A stretch of 64,000 nt of DNA from Anthoceros angustus. Its lineage: Eukaryota; Plantae; Anthocerotophyta. The translations under genes were made by a program, and so were the position numbers. The stretch covers positions 248,001-312,000 of the forward strand of contig VJWM01000186.1 in the NCBI GenBank assembly GCA_010909165.1. Direction: 5' to 3'. Of this stretch, positions 37,347 through 52,578 are shown piece by piece. A model generated the notes under the pieces. That model was given only the letters and a program-made list of their open reading frames with translations. It searched no databases and was not told where the DNA came from. Position 1 is the stretch's first letter; each line of letters opens with the position of its first letter.

Positions 37347-40300
37347 ACAAATGTCTTGACCCTTGTTGGTGTTAAGTATGAGTTTTATGCCTTGAGGATG
37401 AAAGAGGGGATAAGGTAGCGGCTTTCACAAGTAAATTCCGTCACCTTAGAGCCCGGATGACTCTATCCGGTACGAAGATGGAGGAAGTAGATCTTGTCTG
37501 AACTCCTCGCGAGACTCCTTCATTCAATCCTTTGTTACTAGCGAATGGACCCTTGAGAGGCTGCGAATGTTCTGCTGCTGCTCTGAAGTGCAAACATCAC
37601 ATTAGAGGATGTCATAGGCGCTTTGTATGAGGAGCAAAGCCGGATGTTTTCTTCAAACACTTCTAAAAGTAGAACTGAGAAGGCATTATTCACACTCCCA
37701 AATCATTCAAAGGCAAAGGAAAAGTTGAGGTAAACCGCAGGTTCGATTCCGCTGGTCCAACTAAACGTCCAGCAACTTGGTGTGGTATAGCTGGACATTG
37801 GGCGAATGCAAGAAAAAGAAGGCGGGGAACCGCGTGCTCCTAAAAGCTCAACTAGTTCTGCATTGCGATTAAGGAGAAGACATCCGTGACACCAAACCTG
37901 TGGTGAAGATCCTAACAATGTGCCTTGCTCGTTCCATATGTGATGAAGATGGTGGTACTTGGATTCGTGCCACATCTCACATCTCTAGACGCTTTATGTG
38001 CTGCAATCTATGTAATGGCTGAAAGAGTCTGTTGGGAGATGAGCGACATCATTCATCTCAAATCCATGGCGTGGCATGTGTAAATTTACTTTGCACGATG
38101 GATCCATTCTTACCGAAAATGTACTCTATGTGCCATCCATGGCGAAGAACTTGGTCTCTCTCGATGCGACCGAGCATATGACATGACTAGTGAGGATACT
38201 TGTCTCTTCTACAAGAGGTCGAGCCTTCAATCGGCATTTAAAGGTACATTAGATCATGATCTGTATAGACTTGATTTATGCACCCTCCCACCGAGCTAGC
38301 CTTGTCTCCGAGAAGTCCCAACGCCTTTGCTCGTGGCACGCGGCTTGGTCACGTTAATAAGAAAACTAGTTGACATGTCACCGCAAGAGTGCCACCTTGA
38401 GCCTCTTCCACAGTTTTCAAGGACTTACCTTCTTGTGAAGCTGCATTGTTGCTAAGCAAGGCCCATCCCTTTCCATTTGACAACCTACAGCATCGGTTGT
38501 CCTTGAGTTAGTTCATGCAGACATCTCGTAAGATACATGTCCCATCTCCGGGTGGTTCTATCTATTACCTCGCATCACCGACTATTCTCGATATACTTGG
38601 ACGCGTTCGATGCACTTTAAGAGTGATACATTCGAGCTCTTCCGTGATTGGCTATTGCTGAAAAACAGATTGGTTCTTTTGTCAAGTACCTTGATCGACA
38701 ATGGAAGTAATTCAATGAGGCTTTTGACACATTCACGCAAGAGAGGGGATCAACGTCAACTTACAATCCCTCCATAGCAATGGCGTGGCTGAAAAAAATC
38801 AAACCTTGCTGGCCATGACACGGAGTATGTTATTGTGGGCTAACTTACCTCAAGAGTATTGAAGCCATTGTTGCGCCATCTATATTCTCAATCGACTTTT
38901 ACAAGTTCAGTCCCTCTCGGACTCCATATGAGGCTTTCGAAACGCATAAACCCGCTTTGCTACATCTACATGTTTGGTTCACGTGCTTTTGCTCTCATCC
39001 CAGGAGAAGCGTAGAAAGGATCCGAGAGCCCAAGCACTTGTTTTTTCGGGTATAGTGAGCAGTCAAAGCTTACAAACTTTATGACCACCCGCGTCGTTTG
39101 TGTTACGTTCATCACATTTCTTGAGATTGACAGCCCCTCATAATCGGCCACCCAGCGGGGAGAAAATGGCATACCTCGGCTACAGACATTTATTCATTTT
39201 CCCGATGACACTCATGACGAGGAGATGATACAACTGTCCAACTCCGATATTGCACCTCCCCTGCTCAACCGGTCCTCATACCCCCTCCACATGCATCGCA
39301 AATGTTCATTAATCCCGACGATCCATATGAGTATGAGGATGTACCTTTCCCTAATCCGAATCGATCTAGCGGGAGATGATGATTATCAAATGGTCATGGA
39401 ACATGTACGAGGCGATGACACCTTTTTCAAGATGAAGAGCCGATCCTCTGACGTTCTACGAAATCGTCCTCCACCGAGCAATGGAAAGAGCCACGTTATG
39501 AATCAATCGACTTTAGAACAACATATACCGACATCTGCAGCTTCTAGCACTATACACCGAGCCCAAGTCTTTAATGAAGCATATTCAGTCCCTGAACGAG
39601 ATAAGTGGAAGTTTGATGAGCGATGAATACAATTCTCTCGTCAAGAATAACACGTGGAAGTTAGTAGACCTCCCACAGCGGAAAACCTACCTCCGCAAGT
39701 GGGTTTTCAAGTTAAAGTTGAATGCTAAGGAGAGATTGCAGGATATAAAGCACACGGTTGCAAGATTCACGCAAGTGGAAGGGCTAGACTATCGAAACAT
39801 TCTCTGTTGTTAGGGCACAGTCAATTAGGATGATAATCGCCCTAGTAGTTTGACGGACTTACGGCAAATGGACGTGCATGACTTTCTTGTATGGTGCGTT
39901 AGATGAAGACCTTTACATGCAGGAAGGTATGAAGACTCTAAGTATCCAAAGAAAGTTAAGCTCAGACCATTTATGGTGCGAAGCAGTGTGTCGGTATTTC
40001 ACTATACATGAGCACTTGATTAACAACTCATTTGTTCAAAGCTCGGTGATGGTACTTGCTACTAACGAAGGAACCGCCACGTCATTCTAGCACCGTATGT
40101 TGATGACGTGATTTTGGCCACTAATAGCCAACCCTTGTTGCGAGGTCAAAGAAATGCTAAGCAACAAGTTTGAAATGAAGGATATCGGTGAGCTACGTTT
40201 ACGCCTTGGCATTCTAAGGGTCGACACGAGAGTTGATCATCATTCATCGGTATCAATATATTCAGCTACATAAGTTTAAGCTTGAACATGCCGCCATCTA

Positions 40301-42038
40301 CTACACCATATGTAGGGACTAAGCTCACTAGTCCCAATGTCCACAAGGTGCGACGTGAGGAGATGGCATGTGTCCCCTGCATGCCATAGGAAGCTTAATT
40401 TTATAGCTAACGGACAAGGCGGACATCCAAGATTCAACAAGACCTATCCCAATTTCGGAAAATCCAGTCGAGTTCATTGGCGAGACCAAACGTGTCTTCC
40501 GTTACCTAAAATTACTATCCTATGGACTAGCATACTAAACCGAATGTGAAACTTCTGTTGAAGGCTTCACAGATCGATTGGGCATCGGACCATCGTCAAG
40601 CCTTTCTACATATTGTTTCTCCTCTCCTCACCAACGGAGCTGCAGAAACAAACATCGGTTGCCCTCGGTCAGAGGCCGAGTAAGAGTCGAGGCCTCTAAG
40701 GAGGCAGTGGATACGAACCTTTTGATGATTTGGGGCAGCACAGCAGGCCAACCCACTTCTATGTGACAACATGTCCACTCTTGCGCTTGTTGCAAATCCT
40801 AAATTTCATGCACGCATACGAAACACATTGAAATTCAACATCACTATATTAGAGATGTGGTTCATCGTAGTATTATAAAGTGCCATGTTCCAACAGGAAA
40901 ATGTCTGACATCCTTACAAAGGGCCTTCCCAAGCATCTACACTACCGGCATATGGAAGGCCTAGGGCTTATTGATTTCCTGCCCTATGAGCGAGAACTAA
41001 AGTAACTCTTATACGTGAGAGGGGTTCGGATGACCACATCCACAGTTTATTGTGATGCTCTCCAGCTATGTTCCTCCTGCCCAGATACATCACACAGCTA
41101 TAAGTTACTGGAAAATCCTGACCAACCAGGGTGGATGAAGCTTATTTGAAAGATCAAATCACCTGGCTGTTAGTCTGTAAATTTACTCCTCCCCTTCTCT
41201 CGGGGTCACGTCCTTGATCCTCTCAAGTAGCTTGATAGTTCCCTCTAGTTGCCGGATAAGGGACTGTCTCCCTTCTTCACCCACAGCATTGGCAGGAAGG
41301 TTGGAGGTCTCCCCTTTTTTCACTATTCCAAAGAGCAGGCTGACTTTCGCTTCCAAGTTGAAAGGACCCAGATGAACCCTCTGTCCCCACTCCGATTTGT
41401 AGTCGCAATCTGACCATAAGGCAGCTTCCCTCTCCTCCACATTTCGTAGAGGTTGCATCATCTATTTGAAAGGATTCCCTTTACTCTTTCCCTCTCAAGG
41501 CCAGATCTTCCGTATAGTTTTGCGGCTTCTAGTCTTCATGATGCAGGCTAACCTTTTGCACGAAGAACACCGATTCAACTTCAGGAGGTTTTGCAGACAA
41601 GGTGGGATCCATATGGTGAATCTGTTGGGCTATAATCTTCTCGGTACGGGTACCCCGCAGTTAGAGATCACTCGAACCACGAATGGAGAGTAATCAGGGA
41701 GCCATGAAGATGGAAGCCACAGTGAGCGATTCTTGTGGAATCGCGTGCGGCCCTACAATGACAGCGATCTGTGGAATCACGAGGGTATTTTACTAGAGTT
41801 TTCTACGGGATATTCTCATAATTATCTAGTTAAGCTCATGTTTAAGAGTGTTACGTTGCTATATGCTTAACTTATCATATTTAGATATACTCTTTACATT
41901 TTTAGGTTTGGTTATTTAATGAACATATATGAGACCTTTTTGACATGTTCAATTAATTCATTTTTGATACATGTTTGTGTGCTCACAAACCTCTTAGCTA
42001 TAGTCAAATCTAGCAAATGATTATGTAATGATACTTCA
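37347..42038 (+). mobile_element. Copia-2 copy 2 (5'-truncated by the duplication junction)
   Basis: Starts mid-gag; 3' LTR 41849-42038; TSD GAACT at 42040-42044. Confidence 0.92.
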
Positions 42039-44321
42039 TGAACTTCTCACCCCTCCCCTTCCTCGACGGGTGGTCCCTCCTTGTCTTCCCATGAAATTTT
42101 ACTTCGTCTCCTTCTGTGGGTATGCCACCGACCCCGGCTCCTTCATTCCTAGCTAGGCCTCCGTGGCCCGACTCCCGCAGCTCCTTCCCGCGGGTACTGC
42201 TCTACCCGCGGGACTACCGGTGTGAGGTGGCGCCCATGATGGTAGTCCGGCAAACCTGGTAGTGGTGGTCATCACCGGTAGGGTGACCCCACTGGTGTCC
42301 CCCTCCTTACTCTCGCGCCACTCCTCTCTTGGGCACCGCTCTCCTCCATCTTGACTCCCAGTTCTTTGAGTCCATGTCATGGCCTCATCAAAATCGGAGG
42401 CCTTTGGGCACTGTTACGACTCCTGTCATCATCATGAGGACCCAATGTCCTCCTCTTGGCCAAGCACTTATTGTTATTGGCCTTCAAAATCCTGTTGTGG
42501 AGATGGGCCCCCAAGCTATGGTACTGCATCTGGAGATCATCAATCTCCATGGGCCACTCTCCATCCTCACACCTACCCTTGTAGGCATCTCTTGCGGTGG
42601 TCAATTCCCCCACCTTCACATGGAGGGTTACATTCTCCTCCCTCACTTCCCGTAGCTGGTTGGCCATCTTGGCTTGAAGCGCATAATCTGCCCAAAACCT
42701 TCTCTTCCTCACTACCAGCATCCTGTGCACCACCTTCTTGTGGTGCTCCTCCTCCTGGGACCTCTTCCCTTCCAAGTCCCTTAGTTGCTGGACAAGCCCT
42801 TCCCTCTCCGCTTGCCAAGCACTCCTCTCGCGCTCCAGCTCCTGCAAGTGCTGGTCTTGCGTCTCCAGCTCCGCGCATTTCCTCTCCAAATTGTACCGGG
42901 TTCTCCTTAATTCTTCCTCTATGTCCCGGATCTTGATGGCTTGGGTAGCCATCACCTGCTCATGTGCGTCCATTTACTGGACTGCCACCTTCTCCCTTCC
43001 TAGAGCCTCTGTTTTGCCCTTCCGCTCTTGCTCTAATTGGGCAAAATGCTCTTCCGCCTTCTATCTCCATGAGTCTTTTTGGGTGGTTGCCCGGACAGCT
43101 CTCTCCTCTATTTGAGCCAACCTTCCCTCCAAGACCTTTTCCGCTCTCGGTCTATGAGATCCTTTGGAGCTTCTCCTGACCTTCTCCAGCCTTGTTGCCT
43201 TCTCATCGGACTCCATGGCTTTGCCACTTGGTCCTGCCCTCCTTCAGTCATCTCTTGGGCCTTGACTTCCTCTGACATGCCACAAGGAGGCCTAGTTCCC
43301 TAGCCCCCTTCAAGCTGGCGAGTGCTTCACAAGCACTCGGGAACTCCTAGGGGCCCAAATTGCCCTCGCGGCCTCTCTTTGGAAATTTCCAGCCTTTCCA
43401 CACCTCCTCGCGCCATCGGCAACAAACCTTGTGGCGCCTGTGCCCGTCCCCTCCCTTTCCTTGGTGATGGTGCGCCAGCGGGCCGCCCAGCAGGTTGCTC
43501 TCCTGCTTTCCTTCCCATGGTAGGCTGCACCCTCTTGGGGCGTGAGATCCCTACAGGGGTGGTGTTCCCTAGGCACCATGATGGACTCCCCCGCCTGGGG
43601 TTGTCACCTCCTATGGTAGTCCTCCTCTCATAGACTACCATCCGGCCTCCTCGGTGGGACCTCCTCCTCCTTCCCTTGCTCTTGTGGGGAAAGGCCTCCC
43701 CATTCGGCAACCTTGTTGCCTCTACTTTTCCTCCTTGGCCTGGCATGCTTGTGGAGGTCGCCTCCATCGCCTCTTCTCAAGGCAAAGGCCTTTCCAAGCT
43801 TGGGCTGGTGGTTATTTCGAAGGATGCCAAGCATCCTCCAGCTCCTTGCTGGTGAGGAGCCCCTCGGTCTCCCACAAGTGCACCAAATAGGTGCTAAGAT
43901 ATATAACAGGGCCTTGGCCCTTCCTCATCCACCGAATTTGGCCTAAGGAGCTTCTCCCTGTGGTGGATATAAGCCTCATACATTATGGTGCCCCAATCCG
44001 GCTTGGCTCCTCTCGAAATCTTCCACAAAAATTGAAGGAAGTTGGTGCCGAAATAAGAAGTCCGCTGATAATTTACCAACCCCAACACAATCTTTGCAAA
44101 GAGCCTCCACTTTAGCTCCTTGATACTATCCGTCTTCCAGCCATTCTTGGCATGGGCCTTCACTCTTCCGTCCATCATGTCGAGGACCTCCTGCGGAATT
44201 TCCGAGAGGGCAATCCTCTTCCCTCCATTTGTCCTCTCGAGGAGAGCAATTCTGAGCTCTCCTCCTCCGGCCTTCCATACACTTGCCGAATGCTCATCGT
44301 GATGGTCGGTCCGAAACATTC

Positions 44322-47300
44322 TGCTAGGAATTAAGCCTTACTAAGCTTAGGGTTAATTATCGCTCGGTTATTATATTTAGGTTTTATTATCTAAGGGTCA
44401 TCTAGTGAAGAGGCACCTAGTGCATATATAGATATACTTTTAAACACTTTTGTACATTATTATTCTTATCAATTTGTCTCATGTTCTTTTCCCTCCGCCT
44501 CTGTGGTCATGTCCTATTGTCATGTCCAATAATTATCATGGTATCGTGAGCCATGAGCATATACGATTACAAACTTTGCTATCGTGCACTTACTGCCTGA
44601 GATGGGAAACTAAGAATCTAATTTCTGGTGATATCGGACAAGTAAGAAGAGCGGGAATTCAAATTGACACCATCTCCGAATCTTGTCAATCTTGTTGAAG
44701 ACCCCGCCCTTCCTGCAAGTCGAGTTAGCCTAATTTCTATGGATTATGCTACTAACTGAATGATTATCCGGGACGCCCAACCCGTAGCATATTCTTTGTA
44801 GTATGTACTCTAAAAGAAAAATGCCAAGACGCAGAAACAAGCAGCTACAAGGCCATCATTTTCGTCAACCGACTGATGGAGTGCCCCAGTAGATATACAA
44901 ATAATGGCAATTATCAGCGACAATCACCATCACAGCCAATTCATCTACAAGACTGTGCCCTGGTGAAATTGACAGATCTTACCAGGTTGGAACAGAAATT
45001 CCAAGTTTTGAGTGACCAGTTGTCGCGACTACTTCTCATTGAGAAAGCAGCATCTGTATTTGCCAGAAGAAATGATTTTGAGCGTGAGATGTATAGACCA
45101 CGTCAGGATTTAACACGATAATTTTTGAAGGGATATCACGGCCCCTTAAAGACACCTTGTCACGAACACCTTACCTAGAGCGACATATGTGCCCTACTTT
45201 GATAATGCACACACCCTTTACGAGGTCATATCTTTGATAAAGATGCACTTTCAAGTCTACACCGAGCTGGAGCACATGGGGTGTGGGCCCGTTGCGTTTA
45301 GTAGAATGCATATGCCATTTTCATATGTTTATTACAATAAAACTTTTACTTTCAAGTGGTGGAACACAATGAAAACAATCTGTACTAGCGGGAGTCTCAT
45401 TTAAGTGGTCGTGAGAACATTGCAACAAACAAGCTATGAAGGAGGAAGTGGTCATCGGCATCGACAATAGCCATTCAAGAGTGCTGGCTCATCCATGCCC
45501 TTGGCCGAGTCAAGTACCACATATTCGGAGGCGGTCCATATCCTCCGCCTCGAGTTGTCGTTCTCCTCCATTGCTTGCGTCTTCAATAGTATCATTCTTG
45601 GGCCCGTCCAGCGGTGTCGGCCACCACATCTAGGGTCTGTGACCCTCATCCAAAAGGTCGATCGTGGTCTTCAACCTTCGGCACTCAATGCAACCACTTG
45701 GGCTTTAAGGCAATGCCAACGTCCTTAAAATGAACAAAGTTAGTTGCCCATGCATGCAAGCATCCTTAAAATCAACAAAATTGAACTGGAGGACGAGGTT
45801 TGAACACAAAACCTATTCGTTACTACACTTATTTCCCAAACACTAGACCAACAAGTCCATGGTTGAGATACTCTTGAGGCGCTAAATATTTATTTTTGAA
45901 GACAGCCTAGGAGAGGCGCCGGCCGGCGCCCATGGGTAGGGCGGTGTGCTGGGGAGGCGGCGCCCATGGGCAGGCATGGCGTGTTGGTGGGCGGCGGCGG
46001 CGTGTTGGCGCGGCGTGCGGGGCGGCGGCGCCATGGGCGGTGTGCTAGGGCGGCGGCCCGGCCCCGGCGGTGTGCTAGGGGAGGGCGGCGGCCGGCGCCC
46101 ATGGGCGGTGTGCTAGGGAGGCGGCCGGCCGCGCCCATGGGCGGGCGGGCGTGTTGGGGGCCGGCCGTGGCATGGTTGCTAGAGGCGCCGGCCCCGGGCG
46201 GTGTGTGCTAGGGGAGGGCGGCCGCCCGGCCCCATGGCGAGCATCTTGGGGAGGCGCGGTCGGGCGCCTCCTGCCCATCCTACGGTGCATCTGGTGAAGC
46301 TAGGGGGACAAGAAGGCAGCGGGTATCCTATCACCGATGGAAGGTGTGGCCCATTTGCGGGAAGGGTTAAAAGATTTGCATCCATAGGTGGATTGAAGAG
46401 TATAAGTGGTGGGAAGCCTTTGTTGGACGGAAGGAGATTGCTATCGTTGTGGAGAATAACATTGGGCTAGTGCTACGGCGTCCTTGGAAGTGGTTTTCAC
46501 GTGCAGTGGATCATACGGACCACTTCAAGTGCGGATGAAGCTTTGCTAGATGAGGCATTATTGAGGGACCTCCACAGCGTGATATGTATTTGGGGCATAT
46601 CAAAATGCGGAAGGCAAGCTGCGGAAATGGCACGGATGAATGGGGACATAACGAGAGGGATGTTTACGGCGGTGCCGTGCAATACGGACATGCATAACAG
46701 GCCATTACGGATTGGGGAGGTCATTGGACGTGAAGCTAAGCACCACGACCTCACTTTCTTATCCACTAGTATCGGACCGAGCACATAGATGCGTATGAAG
46801 GGAGATATGTGCGAGAACACATAGTCCAGTGGTAACCCATACGGTCCAATCTTGAGGAAAAAGGGAATAAGATCCATTACCTAAAAACATACTGAGGTAT
46901 TTGTAGATGAAACAGTCATCAGTATTATGGGTTTTGTTGAGCATACATCTGTCACGGTGGACAAAAGCGATAAGGGATAAGCTCTGCGAGTTGCGTGGCT
47001 TCATACAACTGCGAGTGAAAGTGTCGTGAAGATAGTGATGACAATGGAGGAGAATTTGGACCAAGTGATGACGATGGATTGAACTACGGGGATGAGTGGG
47101 CGAAATCTCGTTTTCCGGGGTCCCGAGTTAATGTTGTAAGTCCGTTCTTGATGTTTACGTTAGGAAATACCACTGTCCGTGGCTTTTGTGGTGTCATAAC
47201 AAAACCACATTTCCATCCCAAAGCGAGTTCTGATCGTCTTGCCGTGAGCGGCCTTCCTCACCGTTCCTACTTTGCATCATTCCCTAGGTTCGAGTTTGCG

Positions 47301-50300
47301 ACCACCATTAAACAAACATTCTTTGGATGGAAAGTAGTAACTTTCTTGGGTGACACCCTTTTTTGCTTTTCGCAATGCCTTCAAAAGCGCTGTTTTAGGG
47401 CCCATCAAAAACCCCTTGATTATTTGGAAAACCCCTTGAGATTATTCACCCCTTCAAAATTATCGTGTTATTTCTCCGATTAGGATGTTTGACTAATGAC
47501 AACGAGATTCCAAGCTGTGGTGAAGAGTCACAGTCGTCGGGAAAGGCACACGTGATCGCCTGCTCGCCTTCATCCGGGGTCGTGACATTCCATATCCTAC
47601 ATCAACCGCTTTTAGGGTTAGTTCATTTCAACAATGTTTTTGAACTTATATCCCTAACAGATCTTTTGTTTCGATAGGGGGTTTGTGTGTCTCTTACTTG
47701 TTAAGTACCTCTTCACCTCGATTGGTGCCTCCTCCTATCACATCTGCTTCCCCTTCGCTCAAAACATCACGGACTCTCTAGCAATGTCGGTGCATCCTCC
47801 CCTCCTCCACCGATTGGATCTTTTACACCTGTCTTCACGTCTGAGTTAAAAGAAAAAGACCGGTTTACTGAACAAAAATATGAGCTATGGAAGGTGAGGA
47901 TGAAGTCCACTCGCTTGCTAGAAATGTTTGGGGGATATGCTGATGAACCAGGCATCAACCAAGGGAGAAAAGGATCATTGGGCACATGCCACAAAGATAT
48001 GCATGGCCCTCCTTATTGCTGGTCTTCCAAGACCTCCTCCGACGTAGAATTCCTCACCAAGGCAAGTCAAATATGGCAGCGACTTGCGATACTTATCAAG
48101 TGCGCAATGTCATGACGTTATGTGCATGGAATTCTATGGTCGAAAGAAGGGATAAGGTACTTACACATTGCAACAAGTTCCGTCACTTGCGAGCTCAACT
48201 TGCTGCTGTAGGCACCAAAATGGATGAGATTGATGCAGTGGCTCAATTGCTTACGAGCCTCCCTCCCAGCTACCAGAATTTTGTATCTTCACATAATGCT
48301 CCCATTAGAACAGCAAATGTTGCTGTTGCTGCTGGACAGGCTTCTCCACTCACCCTTGACGGGGTGATAGGGGCGTTATACCAGGAAGAGCAAAGCAGGC
48401 TCATGTCGTGCGGATCCAAGTCCAAAGGCAGTAGTGTTTTCTCGCTCGTGGTAAACCATTCCAGAGGGGCAGGCCAAGACATGTGATAGGTACACATCCT
48501 CCTCGCCATGAGACTCGCCATGAGGCTGGTCCATCAACCATTAAGCATCGTGGGCACATGTAATTGGTGTGGTATCCTCGACACCGGGCAAAGGAATGTA
48601 AGAAGAGGCGAACCTCGAGGGCTCCCGAGGCATCAAGCGCCATCATAGAGAAAAATTCTCCGGTCTGCATTCTTCAAAGCCAGTGGTAAAAATACTGATT
48701 GTTTGTCTTACCTCATCGACACATGACAGTTCTTCTTGGTTCCTGGATTCTGGAGCCACATCCCACATTTGCCGTGATGAGTCCCAATTCACCAGTCTGC
48801 AGCTCACATCAAACGTGGAGCGTGTTTACTTGGGTGATGAACACATTGACACGAGTTTACAGATCCTTGGTCAAGGTTGCTGTAAATTCGATCAATGAGA
48901 TGTCCTTACATTATCGATGTCCTCTATGTGCCTCGTACAAAACTTGTTCTCTTTGAGCAAGTTGATGAAGACCAGTGTTTCTTCTCCAAGTTTCGGATAT
49001 CCTGCTTCTATCAGACTCTGCTCCGTCTATATGTGTGTTTGGGCACACACCGAGCAGACTTGTATCTGGACATCCAATGCATCATCGGTTCTAATCCTCA
49101 AGCTCATTCTACAAGTGTAGGAAACCTTTCGGCTACTCAAAAAGCGGTTTTATGGCCTGGGTCATGTCAATCAACAATGATTTCCATGAGCAAGCATCTG
49201 GTTATCGAGAACCCTTACCTTCTTGTCAAGGATCTGCCACTCTGTGAGACATGTGCTTTGGCCAAGCAGAAGGAACTTTCTTTTCCCGGCACACCGCTCA
49301 CGATCTACTCAACCGCATTGGTCCATGCCGATATCTCGGGCCGCCTTGTTTCTTCACTTGGGGGCGATTACTATACTATCGATTAATTCAGAGATACACT
49401 GGACATTCCCCATGCACAAGAAAAGCGACACCTTTCCTTTATTTCAGATTGGCTAGTCAGCACAACGACAAATGTTGCCTCTTGAAGTCGCGGTCGATAA
49501 TGGGACCGAATTTGTTAACCGCTTCTCCACTTTCACGGAATCACACGGCATTATACATCGACTTATTGTCCCATACACGCACGGCAGGCGTTCTTGACGT
49601 AAAAACTGACACTTATGGAATGACAAGAGCTATGCTATTATGGTCGTTTACCATCCCCATATTGGGCGGCGGTTATCACGTCACATATATTCGAGCAGTT
49701 GCTAACCAGTTCTCTAACCTCCAAGACACCATATGAGCTTTTCTGGAAACGTAAGCCCAGCTTACTACATCTTAGGGTATTTGGCTCAAAGGCCTTTGCA
49801 TATATACCTTCTGAGAAGCGACGCAAGCTTGACAACAGGTCCCACAGCCTTATTTTTATTGGCTACAGCGAACATGTAAAAGCTTACAAGCTTATTGACC
49901 CTTCTTCACGTCTAGCGCGTGAGTGTAACTTCGTTGAACCACTGCAGCCGGCCGGTTGCACGAGCAATTTATGACACATATTACGGCTCAAACGTATCAC
50001 CACGTTACTCGATGAGGATGACTCGATGGAATTTTATTTACCCTCTTGATCGATGGTGATCCGGTGTCCCTCTTGTCCACTGTCGCACCTCCTTTTGCTC
50101 ATATGAATGCTGATCCACCAACCTTGATGCCCCTGATGATCTTGATGCACCTGCCACCCTTAGATGATTTTGTAGCGGCTGATGATCGCGAAGATGCACT
50201 AAGACTTCCACCGCCGGAGGGAATGCACATGAGTTGGAATTACTGCGGCGATCGATCTTTGGACTTGACGATCTACTCGCCATCGCCCTCCACCATCGAT

Positions 50301-52578
50301 TGGCAAGAGCCCCGATATACATCTATAGACTTCCAGCACACCGCTGACAACTTCCATCCCTATTGTCCCACCAGGCACCTTGAAAGAAGCATTCACAGGT
50401 CCGGATAAAGAAAAATGGAGGTTCGCTGATGATACGAGTATAAACGATGAAGAATGGGACTTGGCGTCTTGTTCCCGACACCGCAAACCTATCACATGCA
50501 AATGGGTTTTCAAGCACAAATTAAATGCAGCAGGGGAGATTGCTTGGTATAAAGCACGCTTATGTGCTAGAGGATTTACACAAGTTCTTTGGGCTGGACT
50601 AGGAAACCTTTTGTGGTCATCCGCCATCCATTTATACTTGCCCTTGCAGCAGAGCACGATTTAGAACTCCAGCAGATGGATGTTTGCATCTGTCCAAAGT
50701 GCGTAACGATGGTACAAGCGTTGTGATAAAGCACTTAAGTCCCTTGGCCTTCGCCAATGCATGACTCAATGTATATGTCCGCAAGATGGAGCCAATTATG
50801 TTCTTCTCGTATGTTGATGACATCTTCTTACCTGTCAAGGGTCTCCTTAGCCAGACCTTCGAGATGTGATAGTGGTGACCTTGTCTGTTTAGGCATCCAA
50901 TTACTCGTGGTTAGGTCCGAACGGCTCTTGATCATTCATCAACATAAGTACATAGCAGAAATTTTGCATAAGTTTAACATGCTTCAAGCACATCCAAAGT
51001 ACACACGTTGGGGCTAAACTTACCCGTTATGAATGCCCTCTGACTGTTGCTGATAAGGCAGATATGGCTGATGTTCCTTATCGATCCACGCTGAGGTAGC
51101 TTGATTTTTGTGAGCAATTGGACTCGCCACATTCAGCACTCGGTTAGTACAGTCTCCCAATTTATGGAGAACCCAGGCCGAGCCCATTGACGCCAAGAGG
51201 ATATTTCGATATTTACGTGGAACTCACTTCTATGGCCTTTGTTACAAGCATCGGGCGGTCCCACTTACCTTGCATGGCTTCACAGGGCCGATTGGGCTTA
51301 GGCGGTGACTCTAGGAAGAGTCTCTCGACCTATGTTTTCTCCTTGCACCGAGGGGGCTGAAGCAAACCAGCATTGCGTTATATCTTGAGGCGGAATATAA
51401 ATCACTGACAGATGCAACTAAGGAAATCGAATGGGAAAGGTCTTTTCTTGCTGATATCGGCCAAGAGCAGTTAGGTCCCACTCACCTGCATTGTGATAAC
51501 CAGTCGGCCATTGCTCTTGTCTCCAATCCTCGGTTCCATGCTCGTACAAAACACATTGAGATACAGCACCACTATGTCAGAGATGCTGCTGAGAGGGGAA
51601 TTACCAAGGTTTTCTATGTTCCCACAGATGATAACACAATAGACATTCTGACTAAGGCTCTTCCCAAAGACAAGCATTACAAGCATATGGAAGGCCTCGG
51701 GCTGATTGTTTACAAGCCCTACTTTCTCAAAGAGTAACTCACAGAAGGGGGGGGGTGAGGTCTTCAACCTCAGATATGTGGAGATGCTGCCGTTTTTCTC
51801 TGTTTCTCAAGTGCAGTATGCAGCGAGAGGGTTAGCCCACTTCACCGGTGTGGATGAATCTCGGCTCTAATCACCGGATGCCTGGTGTCTTTTCTCCTCC
51901 TCCCCGCAATATCTTCATGAGTAGTCTGTGCTTCTTGAAGGGGTCCGAGCGAGCTAGTTTCGTTACTGTATCCTCTGGAGTGTCTTCTCCTCGCAGCTTT
52001 GCCCAGAGTATGTTGAAGAGAACTTTCCAGCCTCCGACCACGATGGCGGCGCCTAAATGGGTTTCATCCCACTCCTCTTGATGGCTTCTTCTTGGGCTTT
52101 CAGTCCTACTTGCTTGGACCTTTTGAGGCATTGTGCACACTAGGGCCATAACTTGGACTCAGATGCAAGTGATGAGGACGTGCATTGCGAGATTTGTAGC
52201 AGTCTCCATGACTCTCCAGCTCACGCGTCCTTGTTTGGTTATGATCGCCGCAATTCAAGTTCCGCGCCCGCCTCGTGTTGTCATGTCTTCTTCATTGATG
52301 ACCCTGTCCTTTATCAATTGCGCCCAGACCTTCCTAAGCTCGTTTTGCTTAAGGGAGGGTGTTAGGAATTAAGCCTTACTCGCTTAGGGTTAATTATCGG
52401 GTTATTTATATTTAGGTTTTATTATCTAAGGGTCATCTAGTGAAGAGGCACCTAGTGCATATATAGATATACTTTTAAACACTTTTTGTACATTATTATT
52501 CTTATCAATTTGTCTCATATTCTTTTCTCTCTTGCTCTCCCTGTCTGGTCATGTCCTATTGTCATGTCCAATAATTAT
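44322..52578 (+). mobile_element. Copia-3 copy 2
   Basis: LTRs 44322-44536 and 52360-52578; TSD CATTC 44317-44321 and 52579-52583; PBS TGGTATCGTGAGC at 44539. Confidence 0.93.
45112..47469 (+). mobile_element. Sola1-like TIR element, copy 2
   Basis: TIRs start at 45112 and end at 47469; ATTT at 45108-45111 and 47470-47473. Confidence 0.7.

Noticed and set aside
36880-37350. Host coiled-coil gene (SMC or myosin-like) near SCC2
   Set aside because: It is intronless, repeated four times, and continuous with the Gypsy accessory ORF.
9787-52300. Reading the Copia frameshifts as ancient pseudogenisation
   Set aside because: LTR pairs are near-identical, TSDs are intact, and the indels are context-specific and differ between duplicate copies.
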